Shown here: piece by piece, positions 47,571 through 56,989 of the stretch | Layout: every line of letters begins with the position of its first letter | Position numbering within the stretch: position 1 is the stretch's first letter | NCBI GenBank assembly: GCA_964019335.1 | Contig: OZ025684.1 | Location: 186,001-250,000, forward strand | From: Diplonema japonicum | Lineage: Eukaryota > Protista > Euglenozoa: Diplonemea | Length of the DNA stretch: 64,000 nt | Direction: 5' to 3' | Position numbers and translations under genes: made by a program | The notes under the pieces: model-generated | The model's database searches: none | Seen by the model: only the letters and a program-made list of their open reading frames with translations | Told to the model about the DNA's origin: nothing

Positions 47571-49748
47571 TTAAATCTTCACAGTATTGCAAAGATAGCT
47601 TTTATCTGTCCTTGAGAAGGGAGAGCTAACATCGCTGAGTTGTGTTGATTCAAATATTTCAGTTGGGTCTTCTGTAGCAGGAGGGTACCAGCCGATATCG
47701 GTCCCTGTGGCAAGCACCATCATCCTCTCACCCCAGTAATCCTCTTGCACCATAAGCCTCTGCCCCGTGAAGAACACGTACAACTCTGACGAAATGTCAA
47801 ATGCAGTTTTCGCCACTACAGTTATAAAGCCAGCAACCAAGACAAGCTCAGCGATGTCAAATGCCTTATGCTTGATATCTCCTGCATAGTACCCTATCCC
47901 CATCAGCAGTGTCGCAGCCCCCTGCAACCCGTTCGACACAAACCCAAACACAGAGTCCCTCGGCCTAGCATGAGGCCACAAAGCCCCTTCCAGTACCATT
48001 AGTACAATGAATATCACAGACGAAAACACACTGACGTGGCCGCACCCTGTGTAGTTCTCAGGGTGGATCGAGTAGATCCCACTCAGTGCGATAGCCGCCA
48101 TCGCTTCTAAAAACCAGAACCACGCCACCTCCTGCCGGTAGGTCCGCATCACAGATGAGTACCGCTGCACCCAATGACGCTCAGGGTGCCGCGACACCCA
48201 CTCCCCTTCACCGAGGAAGAATTGTTCCACTGAACCTCGCGCGTCATTAGCTACGTACAGTGCATCGGCAGGGACGCTTTGTCTAGTCACACGGAACATC
48301 AACACAGGGACCACCACACACCCAGCACCGGAGACAAGACCCAAAATAAATCCTAGTGCAGAAGGCGGTCCTACAATTAGACCCGTAGCACCGTAGCATG
48401 TTCCAAGGAAGAAGACTTGGAAGACAAGAAGGGGTGAACTGGGAAGGCGAAGGAGGCCCTGTGTGTCCATTGTTGCGAACAAGATCTGGTTGTTGTTCTT
48501 CCTTCCGACGGCGTGGACGGTCCTCAGAACGAGGTAGCAAACGAAGGCAAACCCAACCATGATGGCGGTGTTCCCCACCACAACCCCAGCGTCCTCACTC
48601 CCGAACAGCTCCATCTGTGTAGGGTGCAGCAGCCACGACAGCTTTTTATTTCCGTTGAGGTTGCACCCACCGCTCACCATCACGAGCACACCTGCGGAGG
48701 CCGCACCCCCACCACCCAGCGCACCTCCTAAAGTGCCCAAGCTGCCAAGGACGTCAATAACCTCACGGTCCACTATGGGTTCAACTACCGGTAGGGCGCT
48801 GGGAGGGTCAGGAGGGGAAGGAGTGGGTTCGAAAGTAGCTGGGAGAGAAGGGAGAGCAGTGTCAGGAACTCGTGTTGATGGCGCTGAAGAAGCAGGGCGC
48901 GGTGTGTCTGGGGCGGGAGTAAGAGGTGCTAATGTTGGAGGGGCTGAGGTGTCCGGCGCAGGTGTGTCAGGTGCCCCGGTTTCCGGCGAAAACGTTGCAG
49001 GTGCCGTTGTGGCAGGCACAGGTGTGTGGGGTGCAAAGGTACCAGGAATGGCAGTGTCAGGAGCAGGGGTGGGAGGTGCTGGAGTAGGAGGTGCAGGAGT
49101 GTCAGGAGGGTTGGTATCAGGTGAAGGTGTTTTAGGCGCTGGCGTAGAAGGTGCAGGAGTATCCGGAAACGGTGTATCAGGTGCAGGGGTTTCAGGTGCT
49201 GGGGTGTCAGGAAACGGCGTATCAGGTGCAGGGGTTTTGGGTGCTGGGGTGTCAGGAAACGGTGTATCAGGTGCAGGAGTTTTGGGTGCTGGGGTGTCAG
49301 GGAATGGCGTATCAGGCGCAGGAGTAGGAGGGGCAGGTGTGTCAGGAGCCAGAGTATCAGGTGCAGTAGTGTCGGGAGCAGGGGTCTTGGGAGCAGGTGT
49401 ATCAGGTGCAGGAGTGTCAGGTGCTGGGGTGGGAGGTGATGGTGTGTCGGGTGCATCTGTTCTGCCCACCCATTTGTCGCAGTTGGGACCACCGTAGCCA
49501 GGGAGGCAGAGGGAGGAGCTAGTGCAAGATGTGCACGAGGACAGGTCATGCATTGCACCGCACAGTCGGCAGCTCTCCTCAGCACCTTTGTCAACAGGAC
49601 AGCCTCCTCGCTTGCAGCAGGTGGCCTCGTCAGAGCTCGTCAGTCCACCAAATAACTTACACTTCCCACTTCCAGAAGACCAGAAGTAAAGACCACTGCA
49701 ACCACAGTCATCTGCGGCTAAGGCATATGCAAGCAGTACTGGCAACAT
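47571..49748 (-). CDS. Array gene 7: Cys-rich/mucin-stalk/multi-TM surface protein, 725 aa
   Basis: Paralogue; start MLPVLLA. Confidence 0.9.
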   Translation of the reverse strand: MLPVLLAYALAADDCGCSGLYFWSSGSGKCKLFGGLTSSDEATCCKRGGCPVDKGAEESCRLCGAMHDLSSCTSCTSSSLCLPGYGGPNCDKWVGRTDAPDTPSPPTPAPDTPAPDTPAPKTPAPDTTAPDTLAPDTPAPPTPAPDTPFPDTPAPKTPAPDTPFPDTPAPKTPAPDTPFPDTPAPETPAPDTPFPDTPAPSTPAPKTPSPDTNPPDTPAPPTPAPPTPAPDTAIPGTFAPHTPVPATTAPATFSPETGAPDTPAPDTSAPPTLAPLTPAPDTPRPASSAPSTRVPDTALPSLPATFEPTPSPPDPPSALPVVEPIVDREVIDVLGSLGTLGGALGGGGAASAGVLVMVSGGCNLNGNKKLSWLLHPTQMELFGSEDAGVVVGNTAIMVGFAFVCYLVLRTVHAVGRKNNNQILFATMDTQGLLRLPSSPLLVFQVFFLGTCYGATGLIVGPPSALGFILGLVSGAGCVVVPVLMFRVTRQSVPADALYVANDARGSVEQFFLGEGEWVSRHPERHWVQRYSSVMRTYRQEVAWFWFLEAMAAIALSGIYSIHPENYTGCGHVSVFSSVIFIVLMVLEGALWPHARPRDSVFGFVSNGLQGAATLLMGIGYYAGDIKHKAFDIAELVLVAGFITVVAKTAFDISSELYVFFTGQRLMVQEDYWGERMMVLATGTDIGWYPPATEDPTEIFESTQLSDVSSPFSRTDKSYLCNTVKI

Positions 49749-50563
49749 TGTTCTGCGCCACCAGCACCGCACCTGTGTGAAGTGCTACAAAACCAGAAAC
49801 ACAGCGGGGGGAAGGGCTTAACAAAGAAAAACAAATAAGTATGGGGAGAAGGGTGTGAAAAAAAAGAAATAAAGGAGAATGGGGGAGGGGGATTGATGTC
49901 CTTTTAAAAAAAGGGGAAAAAGGGGATTCTAAAAAACGGCGATTCTTTCATTTCTTTTTTTGTTTCTACACCCCCTTCGTAATTTTCGTCATTCACATTG
50001 ATTATTCTTTTGCACGGGGCGACAACCTGGCTTGGATATAGGAGGCGTTCATTATAAAACCCCCGTGTATCCAGCCCTCATCTCTAGGCAGCAACAACAA
50101 AATATTCGGTCCGAAATGCCCTTTTCAACCCAAGTGCTGTGAGTGACTCAAATGACGAAAAAGGCGTAACGACTTGCCTCCACAAAAAAAAAAAAAAAAA
50201 AAAAAAGGATTTAATAATCGAACCTTTTTGTTACCGTTCTTTGGCACGGGCAAACCCGCCTGCCTGCGGGGGGGGCCAAAATGCAAAGAAATAAGAGTAA
50301 AAAAAATCTTTTTTAAACCCTGTGGGTGTTGGTGCTCCGCCCCCCCGTTCACGTGGATCGAGCTCGTGGATGTTCTCCTTCCAAACCATAACTATCAGAA
50401 CCACATCAGGCGGCACAATGAAAATCAATTTTAAAAAGAATCCTGATGACATCCTAAAATCCCTTTAAAAAAAAGCATTTAGGTTTGCAAAGGTATATTA
50501 AAATAGTTATGCCCTGGAGGGGGGCGAAAAATTATTCACTATAGGAACGAAGGGGTTTCTTCT

Positions 50564-50598
<35 letters not shown>

Positions 50599-50658
50599 GT
50601 AACAGTGACGGAAGAGGGGGGTGGGGAGAGAAACAAAAAGGGGAGAATAGAGACCAGG

Positions 50659-50692
<34 letters not shown>

Positions 50693-50762
50693 TTTTCCTT
50701 TCAATTTTACTCTATGTTATCGTGACACCACCTTTTTTTTTTCTTTTTTTTTTTAGTTTCTA

Positions 50763-50803
50763 GTTGCACGCTTAACGCCACCTAGTGTTGCATCAAAGCC
50801 CCA
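50763..50803 (+). mobile_element. Ribozyme-SINE 3'-end fragment in + orientation, followed by a T-tract
   Basis: gttgcacgcttaacgccacctagtgttgcatcaaagcccca is the reverse complement of tail type 2. Confidence 0.75.
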
Positions 50804-50963
50804 TTTTTCTTTTTTTTTTTTTTTTTTCAGTTTCAAAAAAAAAAGCTCTTTAGGTGGTGATGAATGAAGTAACAAAAAAAATTCACTTGAAGTAAATAAA
50901 AAAAAAATATTTTTATTTATGTTGACGCGCCTGCGAACCACAAATAAAAAAAAAAAAAAAAAA

Positions 50964-51065
50964 TGGGGCTTTGATTGCAACACTAGGTGGCGTTAAGCGT
51001 GCAATGAAGCAGGAACTACCTACTTGATTACACAGGGGGCGCTCCTCGGCCGAGCAGTAGCTTCT
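50964..51065 (-). mobile_element. Ribozyme-SINE 5'-truncated copy D (tail type 2)
   Basis: Matches 55817-55916. Confidence 0.8.
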
Positions 51066-51970
51066 AAAAAAAACCTTTGGACTTAACAATCCTAACACTA
51101 AGAGACATGGATCGCCCGATAAACAGCTTTAAAACATCTCAAAGAAAAACTTGTGAGTTAAAGGAAGTCTATGCGATTTTTACGCACCCTAAAAGAACAC
51201 GAAGCAGCAAAAAGGGGAATGCAAAAAGGGAGAAGATGGTAGGAAAATCTCAAAAAAAAAAAAAAAGAGAGTCCTGTTCGTCTTTGATCGCCCACTTGAA
51301 CGCTATATTTATAGCGTTCTTCCCTGAATGGAGGGAGCAAAAATAAATTTGAGGGAGGGGGGGGGGGAATAAAAACCAGCGTAACTTTTTTGTTTCATGT
51401 AAAAAGGAAAAAAAAAAAAAAAAAAAAAAGATTCGAATTCATTACTGCAAATAAGAGAACGAGAAAAAAAAAAATAGGCGAGTTATTCTTACCTTAACCT
51501 GATGCACACCAAGGCGCAATAAATTGTCGTTTGAAGAAGTGTTTTCGTGTTTTTTGTGTGTGGGTTGTTGGCGGACTTCCTACCCTTCCTCCGTTCTTTG
51601 TTTCCATTCTGGTACTCAGATAGATTCTGCCATCTCTTTTCCACCTTTAATGAATTCTCTTCCTCTTATTCTGTTGCCGTGTGCATCAGGTTAATAAAGA
51701 ATACTTGCGGCGTTCCAGCGCTCAAAGGCGGCGTCTCTGAACTACAAAATAACAAATCTAGGATTGACCTCATGATGCTCCCCCTCCAGGGGCCCTCTTG
51801 AAGGACAGAGCCCTTGACAAAGGTTCTTTGCCGTAAAACATGTAGTTACTTGAGGGGCTTGGATTTTCTTTTCCTCCCTCCCCCCTCCTTCCACATGTGG
51901 GGTCTATTACAGTTCACTTTAGTTTCTTCTTTCACAAATGGGGGGGGGGGAGAAAAAAAAGATTTGATTA

Positions 51971-53509
51971 CTGTAAAACAAAAATCCACCGTCCGGAAGA
52001 TAAAATATCCGGACCGCCGAAACATCTGGTGATTTTTTCTTCCGGACATTTTTTTGGGCACTTTTCTAAGGGGGTACCTAGCCTGCCCTACGCACTGCCC
52101 CCTCTGTCTGGAAAACCTATATTTCTGTTGCAAGAGTATTAAGAACGGCAAAAATAAAATTCAAATTAACAGACGAAAGCTGCATGCTCTAAAAAGGGGA
52201 AGGACATATCTCGCGACCCCCCAGGTGTTGACCTCTTCAGGTGACTGAAATGATATTGCAAGTGGGAATATCTTCAGGTGAGAGGCACCCTTCAATGGCT
52301 GCGTCCCAGCAGGTTGGAGAGTACTTTTCCCGACAATAGAACTAAAAAAGGGGGCGAGGAAAGGGCAGCATCCTACCTGTCCGCACGTCTGGCCGTCTTG
52401 TTTGCTGCCTTCGCAGCCTTGGCAGTGCGCCTGGCCTCGGCCTTAATGGCACAAATAGGTGAGGTCTGGGGGGACAAACGCTAAGTGAACGTTTGTTTCT
52501 GAAACAAGTTCACAAAAGCCTGCGTAGTGTGGACATTGTAGTCATCAAGGATGAGTAGGATGGGCTCGGTGGGTGCTCAGCCCGATGACTCGATGAGGTT
52601 GTAGCAAAGGGGAGAAACAAATCTTTTACCCAGAGCCGAAGCGTTTCCTGGGTGGCCCAGTGAGTGTTAAACTCCAGCCTTTTGGGGGGTGTGCAACACG
52701 AGGGACGGACCCGAGGTATTTCCTCGCGAGCCGGTTCTGTTTTTCCCGTGTAAATTAACTGCGGGTGCAGTTTGCCACCAGTCAGGGAAACGCAAAACTG
52801 TCCGGTGACGGCACGCTTGTCCCAAATCCCTAACCTTGACAACCTTGGGACCCCTTTTCTTCTTCCCAGCGGCAGCAGCTGGTCCATGTTCCAGGTCAAC
52901 CGGCCTGATCTTTGTGAACCTCCTCGCTGCTTGGGTGTCTTTGGGGCTGCTAGACTCCCCTATTGTTGGGCGGCGGCTTGTGCCATGCTTGGAGCACAGC
53001 TGGTTGGCCCTCTGCATACAGGCAGATGTCCGACGCTGCTACCGGCACCCCCTTCCGTTCTGCATCTGGATCCAAACAAAGAGCCTTGTTGTTTCTTCCT
53101 TGTTCAGAAGAGGCTTGCGACCCGCAGTAACGGGTGCGGCAGGGGGATCGACCTTGGAGCTACCAAAGCGGTGCTTCCAGTCTGATATACTGGACATTGG
53201 CTCCATGACGCAAACCCGCAAAAAATAAGAACAACCCTAAAGCAAGCACAAGAAGTGGTTTGGTTCAACAAGCTTGTGGTAGAAGCAAACAATCAGGATC
53301 TGAGGTGTCTTTTAGTTCTTGGAAAAGTCCGTAATTCAATTCTCTGATTTTTGTTTGATTTTCTCTTGCTATAGAAACTAGTTTCATCTGTTTTCGGGTC
53401 CAGCCCTTTAATAAAAGGGGGGTCCCAGGAAAAAAATGTCCGGAAGAAAAAATATCCGGACCGCCAGAGCTTCCGGACATTTTATCTTCCGGTGATTTTT
53501 GTTTTACAG
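51971..53509 (-). mobile_element. Degenerate pogo/Tigger-like (Tc1/mariner superfamily) DNA transposon
   Basis: TA-flanked TIRs CTGTAAAACAAAAA; frameshifted DDE_1-type relic (WNMDQ, QLIYTGKT, HWATQET, LLILDDYNVH). Confidence 0.8.
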
Positions 53510-53801
53510 TATTCTTTTTTTTTTAAAATTGTGCGCAAAACAGTGATAGACACTGTTAGGCGCCTACACCGGTGAATCTACATTCTTTTTCTTTTTTTTA
53601 TTAATAAATTATTATTCTTCTTTTTTTTCAAAAAAAAAAGAAAAAAAAATGCAAAAGTTGGTTGGCCTGGCCTGAGGACCCACTAATTTTCACAAGCGGG
53701 TTCCTCAACTGGCACTTCCAACTAAAAAAAAAAAGTATTTTTAAAAAAAATAAAAAAAAATTAAAAGAAAAATTAAAAAAAAAAATTAAAGATTAAACCT
53801 A

Positions 53802-54168
53802 CTGTAAAGTGAAAAAAAAAAAATCCTGGAGAGAAAAATGTTGGAAGAGAAATTTGCCGGAGTGACAAAACTCCCGGAAGCAAAAAAAGCCCGAGCAAGA
53901 GGCTCGTGTACCCAAAGGACACAGAGAGAGTGCGCATCTTTCCCAGTACTGGAGATATAGTGGATATCGACACCCACAAGATGAGGCCTAGTCCACATGG
54001 AACAGGTAGCCCTCTCAATGTTGCCATTAGGCACCACCAAGGCAAAGCGGGGGCAAAGGTTGTGAAACTCTCCGTAAAGACATAATGTGGAGAAAAATGT
54101 CGGAGTGACGACACCCTCGGAAGAAAAAAAAAAGAAAAAAAGCCCGGATATTTTTTTTTTCCTCTTCC

Positions 54169-54200
<32 letters not shown>

Positions 54201-54213
54201 CCGTTTTTTACAG
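53802..54213. mobile_element. pogo-related MITE
   Basis: TA|CTGTAAA...TTTACAG|TA with ccggaag subterminal motifs. Confidence 0.7.
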
Positions 54214-54259
54214 TATTTACGTTTCTATGCCCGTTGCTACAAAAAACAAAAGCCTCGGG

Positions 54260-54295
<36 letters not shown>

Positions 54296-55816
54296 CGGCC
54301 AACAAATTCCTGCTCCACTCCTAAAGAACTTGGGCTTTTTGTCAGTTTGGGCACTTTGCTTTTTATTTCAACTGTATTATTTCAAAAAGTTATCAGTAAT
54401 GTGTGCTTAGTGATAGAATCCCTATTTTGTTCTCACGGAAAAAGTTCGAAATCGGGGGGGGTTTTTTTTTTTGAAAAAGAATTCCGTTTCAAAACCTTTT
54501 CATATATTAAGTACAAAACACATTATAGTAGTTAAATGTTAAAACCCCCCCTTTTTTTCTTTCTTTTTCCTCTTTTTTCTTTTTGGAGGATATCGGTACA
54601 TTTTTACCGGAGCCCTGCTGCCAGTCAACACAATGGGTTTCAAATTTAATTTAAGTTTTTTTTTTTAAAAATAAGTTCCTTGCAAAATCTGAAATTCTTC
54701 GACACTTAGTACCGCCATTCGCCCAAAAAGAGGTGATGAGACAGCTCTGTGGGAGGGAGAGAAACAACTTTCTTTCCAAAAATATAGCTGTTTAAAAACA
54801 AAGAAACCCCAGCAAAGAATCCTGAAAGATTTGCCTGACAGTAAAAAAAAAAAGGGTAGAGTCCTAACTCGACCCCTAAGTTTCTGAACCGCTCAACAGG
54901 TTTCCAAAATGCTCAAAGTCCACCCCCTAGGTTTCCGAAATGCTTAAAGTCCACCCCCTAAGTCTTCAAAACGCTCAAATCCCGCCCCCTAAGTTTCCAA
55001 AGTGTTCAAAGTCCGCCCCTCAGGTTTTCAAATGCCCTAACTAGGCCCCTACGGTGGGAAACCGCTCAAAGTCAACCCCTTAGTTTTCAAAATGCTCAAA
55101 AAAACCCCCCTTAGTTTCATGAATAACCCGATTGGGTCCCCCTATGTTTCATTAATGCTCAACAAGGTTGTGCGCATGCATGTTCCTTAACAATAGGCAA
55201 CTTGAAAGGAAAAGAAAAAGACAGCCCGGGTAACCAAGGCTACTTCTTAGAGGGCTGCGTCGAAGGTGTCTTCCTGTGTAAAAGATTACAGCATTTAAAA
55301 GAAAACCTTTGCTTCTTCTTGGAGATCAGGAGAGTTGGTGCACGCCTAAGCCTTGTGGCCAAGAACACCGCAACGACTGCAGGCATTCTTCCTTTCGCTC
55401 TTGCTGGGGATCCTCTTCTTTTTCCTCCCTACACCTTTCTTGAAAATGGGCGGTAAAGTGCCGTCTTCGGCCCAGGTATTTTGGGCGCTGGAGGGAGGAG
55501 GATACCCGCGTATGCAAGCCGATGAAAGCCACATCGAAGAAATGGGGCAACCATGCCAAGGACATCGATGCTCTCTTTTGAGCAGGCTGTACAGAGATGC
55601 GCGCAAGGAAGCCCTTCTCTCCTGAAGAGAGGGCAAGAGCAGCTCTGCTTTAGCGTCAACGATGAACGTCCCTCTGAGGTCGACTTGGTGCTTCCCGTCG
55701 GTGTAAACTCCAAAACAGCAGGTGGGGAAGTGCAAGTCAGCCCATTTGGTGGGGTCAATGGCTCTCAGGTACTCTGCCACTTCTTCATCGAACTATAAAA
55801 AAAAAAAAAAAAAAAA

Positions 55817-56142
55817 TGGGGCTTTGATTGCAACACTAGGTGGCGTTAAGCGTGCAACGAAGCACGAAATACCTACTTGATTACAGGGGGCGCTCCTCGG
55901 CCGAGCAGTAGCTTCTTCTGCGTTCCGCGTCGTGTCCTTAATGCATGCGGTGTGCTCAACCCTAGCCGGGGCGTCCCGGGTAACCAAGATTCTGCGCTCG
56001 TGCAGTTTGCTGCCTGTTCGTCACCCTGAGCATCTGCGATACGTTCTTCCACTCGGGCGCTACCGGTGATGACCGACGAGGAGGTCAACAGCGAACAACA
56101 CATCTGATGTACTTCTTATATTTCCATGTTATCCCCACCACC
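55817..56142 (-). mobile_element. Ribozyme-headed SINE-like element, intact copy E (tail type 2), nested in a MULE
   Basis: Dispersed ~330-bp repeat with a fixed 5' end GGTGGTG, a 3' T-tract and a possible TAAAAAAA target duplication. Confidence 0.85.
56009..56142 (-). ncRNA. HDV-like self-cleaving ribozyme (predicted)
   Basis: P1 GGUGGUG/CAUCACC, P3 ACC/GGU, L3 UCCUCGUC, P1.1 CC/GG, P4 CGCCCGAGU/GCUCAGGGUG, J4/2 ACGAA, P2 GCUGUUG/CAG(G)CAGC. Confidence 0.82.
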
Positions 56143-56344
56143 TAAAAAAAGAAAGCCAGGATTGGTTTTTGTGATGATGGGGAAAAGAGCTGTAGGAAAT
56201 GTTGGGGTGAAAAAATGTTGTTGAGCATTTATGAAACATCGGGGGCCCAGGTTGGGCATTTTCTAAACTCAGGGGGCCCAGGTTGTGTATTTCCGAAACT
56301 AACCAGGGGCCAAGTTAGAAGTTTTCTCAAAAAAAAAAAAAAAA

Positions 56345-56414
56345 AATATATGAGTTAAAGGAAGTCTTTGTGAGACGCCCCCTTGTTCTCATGCTCTACC
56401 TGCACCTATCCCCC
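56345..56414 (-). mobile_element. LINE-A 3'-end fragment
   Basis: Matches ~28602-28672. Confidence 0.85.
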
Positions 56415-56989
56415 AAAAAAAAAAAAAAAAAAAAAAGCCGAGAAAGCTAGTTCATCGGTTTAGAGTTAGAAGTACACGAATCTCAGAATAAAATGTTACG
56501 GTGGAGAGGGGTATATTTGCGTTCAGAAGAAATTAAATGTTCTTTTTTTCTTTTCTTTTTTACTTCCCCCCTTTCATTTTCGTCCTTATTTCCTTGTTTC
56601 GCGGGAGGGGGGGAAATGTCTAGTAAGCCAACGACGTCCCTTACGGGCAGCACACAGCCAACATTTTACGGCATTCCCTGGCATATTTAAAGGGTCTTAT
56701 GCCAGGGTGATCAGCGCGCTTCCCCCCCCCCAACAAAAAAGAAAACGAGAAATATGTATTTACGGTGGGGTCTTGAGAAGATTCTTTATTTTTTTCTCTT
56801 TTTCTTCTTAAAACAAACCACCCCTTATGGCAAATCGTCGTCAGTGGGTTTACCGCAACACCGGCATGGAAGGAAAAGAAACGCAAAACACAGAACGAGA
56901 CCGAGCAGTCCAAGAACAGCCGCCTCGCCGTCCACCCGTCCATCCATGACAGTAAAATAAAGAACGTACCCTCTCTCTGTCCCCCCGAG

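Larger units (their letters stand above)
54857..56328 (-). mobile_element. Internally deleted Mutator-like (MULE/foldback) DNA transposon
   Basis: Imperfect TIRs ctaactYgRcccct and ~30-bp subterminal repeats. Transposase relic at 55330-55790: YL..IDP..WA..F...FG..T, SWIM finger CSC.......LPCAH, CCHC CSRCGVLGH. Confidence 0.82.

Noticed and set aside
54880-55165. ~30-bp periodic repeats as a CRISPR array
   Set aside because: No unique spacers or cas genes; these are subterminal repeats of a MULE
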